NCBI GenBank assembly: GCA_048013815.1
Contig: CM106585.1
Location: forward strand, 5,270,001-5,334,000
DNA from: Setoptus koraiensis
Taxonomy: Eukaryota; Animalia; Arthropoda
Direction of reading: 5' to 3'
DNA length: 64,000 bases
A program made the translations under genes and the position numbers. The notes under the pieces were generated by a model. That model was not told the origin of the DNA. It did no database searches and worked only from the letters and a program-made list of their open reading frames with translations. Every line of letters begins with the position of its first letter. The stretch's first letter is position 1. This document shows, in pieces, positions 62,820-64,000 of the stretch.

Positions 62820-64000
62820 GTTGTGTGTCGGTGTGCGTCGGCCACTAGCAATGGGGCCCCGACAAACTTATTATTCGAAGGGCCCCCGATGAGACACACT
62901 CAAGTGCAAACTCGTAATCATGACAAGTCGCTGAATTAACTCGGCGACGGGCCCCACTAACGAGCTAAATACACGACTATCTCTGTCGGTGATGTGCTTT
63001 CCATTTCGCCCTAAACGATGTGCTGTCTGCGTGCTGTGTTTTTGGCGTCTTACAACTTACATCCGTCTTCGTTGCGGGCCCCATTTGCTCTCAACAGCGC
63101 ACACATAACATATAACATGTGCCAAGTGCCAGCGCAAACGGGGGATATTTGCCTCTCTCTCTCTCACTTGCACTTGCTTGCCATAATCACCGGCTCACCG
63201 GCCTTCGAGTGCTCAGCTACGAGTTCTGGCTAGGCGCGCAGCTAGCTCGCCAACCGGCGGCCAGCCAGCGGCAACCAGCGGCCAGCCACAAAGCTGGCTG
63301 GCCGGCCGACCGGCCGGCAAGCAGATGAGTAGCGTCAAATAACAAGGGGCCCCTCGATCGAGATTATGCCGGCCAGATATTCAATCTTGTGTGCTCGTGT
63401 CGCACAAACAAGCCGAATCGTCGCCCTCTCCCTTTTATACTCGAATGTCCGAGACACACTTCTTGTATAATCTTACTTAAGCACACACTGACCACTCTTG
63501 TTGAGCCGCTCTTTGGGGCCCCGACGAGGCCCCAAGGAGCTCAAACTTGAGCGCCTAAGCTTGGCGTGCCGCCGCTCCGTCCGCGTCACTCTGTGCAGTG
63601 GCCATGGCGAGCTGGCGAGCTAGTTGCGTAACAGCGCCCGTTATGATCATAGCACGAGTTACCATGATTGCCCTTGTTCTCTCATTCCGTGGACCGGGCG
63701 CGCGCCGCCAACCGGCCGGCCCGCCACTGGCCGGCCCGAGCCAAGTGGTGCCGTGCGGCGGGCAGCAAGTCGCAGCGGCCGCACGGCGACATCGACAAGG
63801 GCGCACCTCAAACTGATGGTCGAGTCATATAATTTACATGATGAGTTGGCACATCTGGTGCATACTGGTGGTGCATTGTTGTTGAAGAGGGCAGCTCATT
63901 ACGTATGGCAGCCGCCATTGTGCAACGCGCAACAACAGCAGCACAACAGCGCAACAACAGCGCAACAACAACGACAACAACAACGACAACATCAGCAACA

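Noticed and set aside
45600-64000. Dozens of 60-250 aa Arg/Ala/Pro-rich ORFs
   Set aside because: Expected in GC-rich, microsatellite-laden DNA with few stops; most lie in Di-Ras introns and carry no domain signature.
1-64000. tRNA, rRNA, CRISPR arrays, intact transposase/RT genes
   Set aside because: None recognised by eye; a GGTTCGAATC at ~59145 lacks a cloverleaf context. Not excluded without tRNAscan/Infernal/Dfam.

Overview
Eukaryotic, intron-poor genomic window. The organism is inferred to be a chelicerate (probably an acariform mite), from compact genes with ~86-128 nt GT-AG introns, a chelicerate-type R&R cuticular protein and a Tube/IRAK4-type kinase that retains its kinase domain; the species cannot be fixed from sequence alone. 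1-31 kb is a dense, AT-rich block of mostly housekeeping genes: IFT88 (3' part), two inverted HACD paralogues around ARPC2, basigin-like, DCTN6, a JmjC/cupin oxygenase, two orphan genes, PEX11, a GH30 glucosylceramidase, a septin, MFSD14/HIAT1, AUH, Tube/IRAK4 and RAD51C-like. 31-42 kb is largely non-coding, with a three-exon cuticular protein. 42.6-64 kb is GC- and microsatellite-rich. It holds two tandem intronless Ulp1/SENP-type (C48) cysteine proteases that both begin with signal peptides, and a Di-Ras GTPase that the ORF track misses because it is split into short exons by multi-kb introns. The top candidate novel system is the pair of apparently secreted SUMO-protease-like enzymes with intact catalytic residues (possible salivary effectors acting in host cells). 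Other notable points: a near-identical ~400 bp promoter duplication bracketing the glucosylceramidase and septin genes, and a gene-conversion-like mosaic between the HACD copies. Most short ORFs at 45-64 kb are judged spurious.
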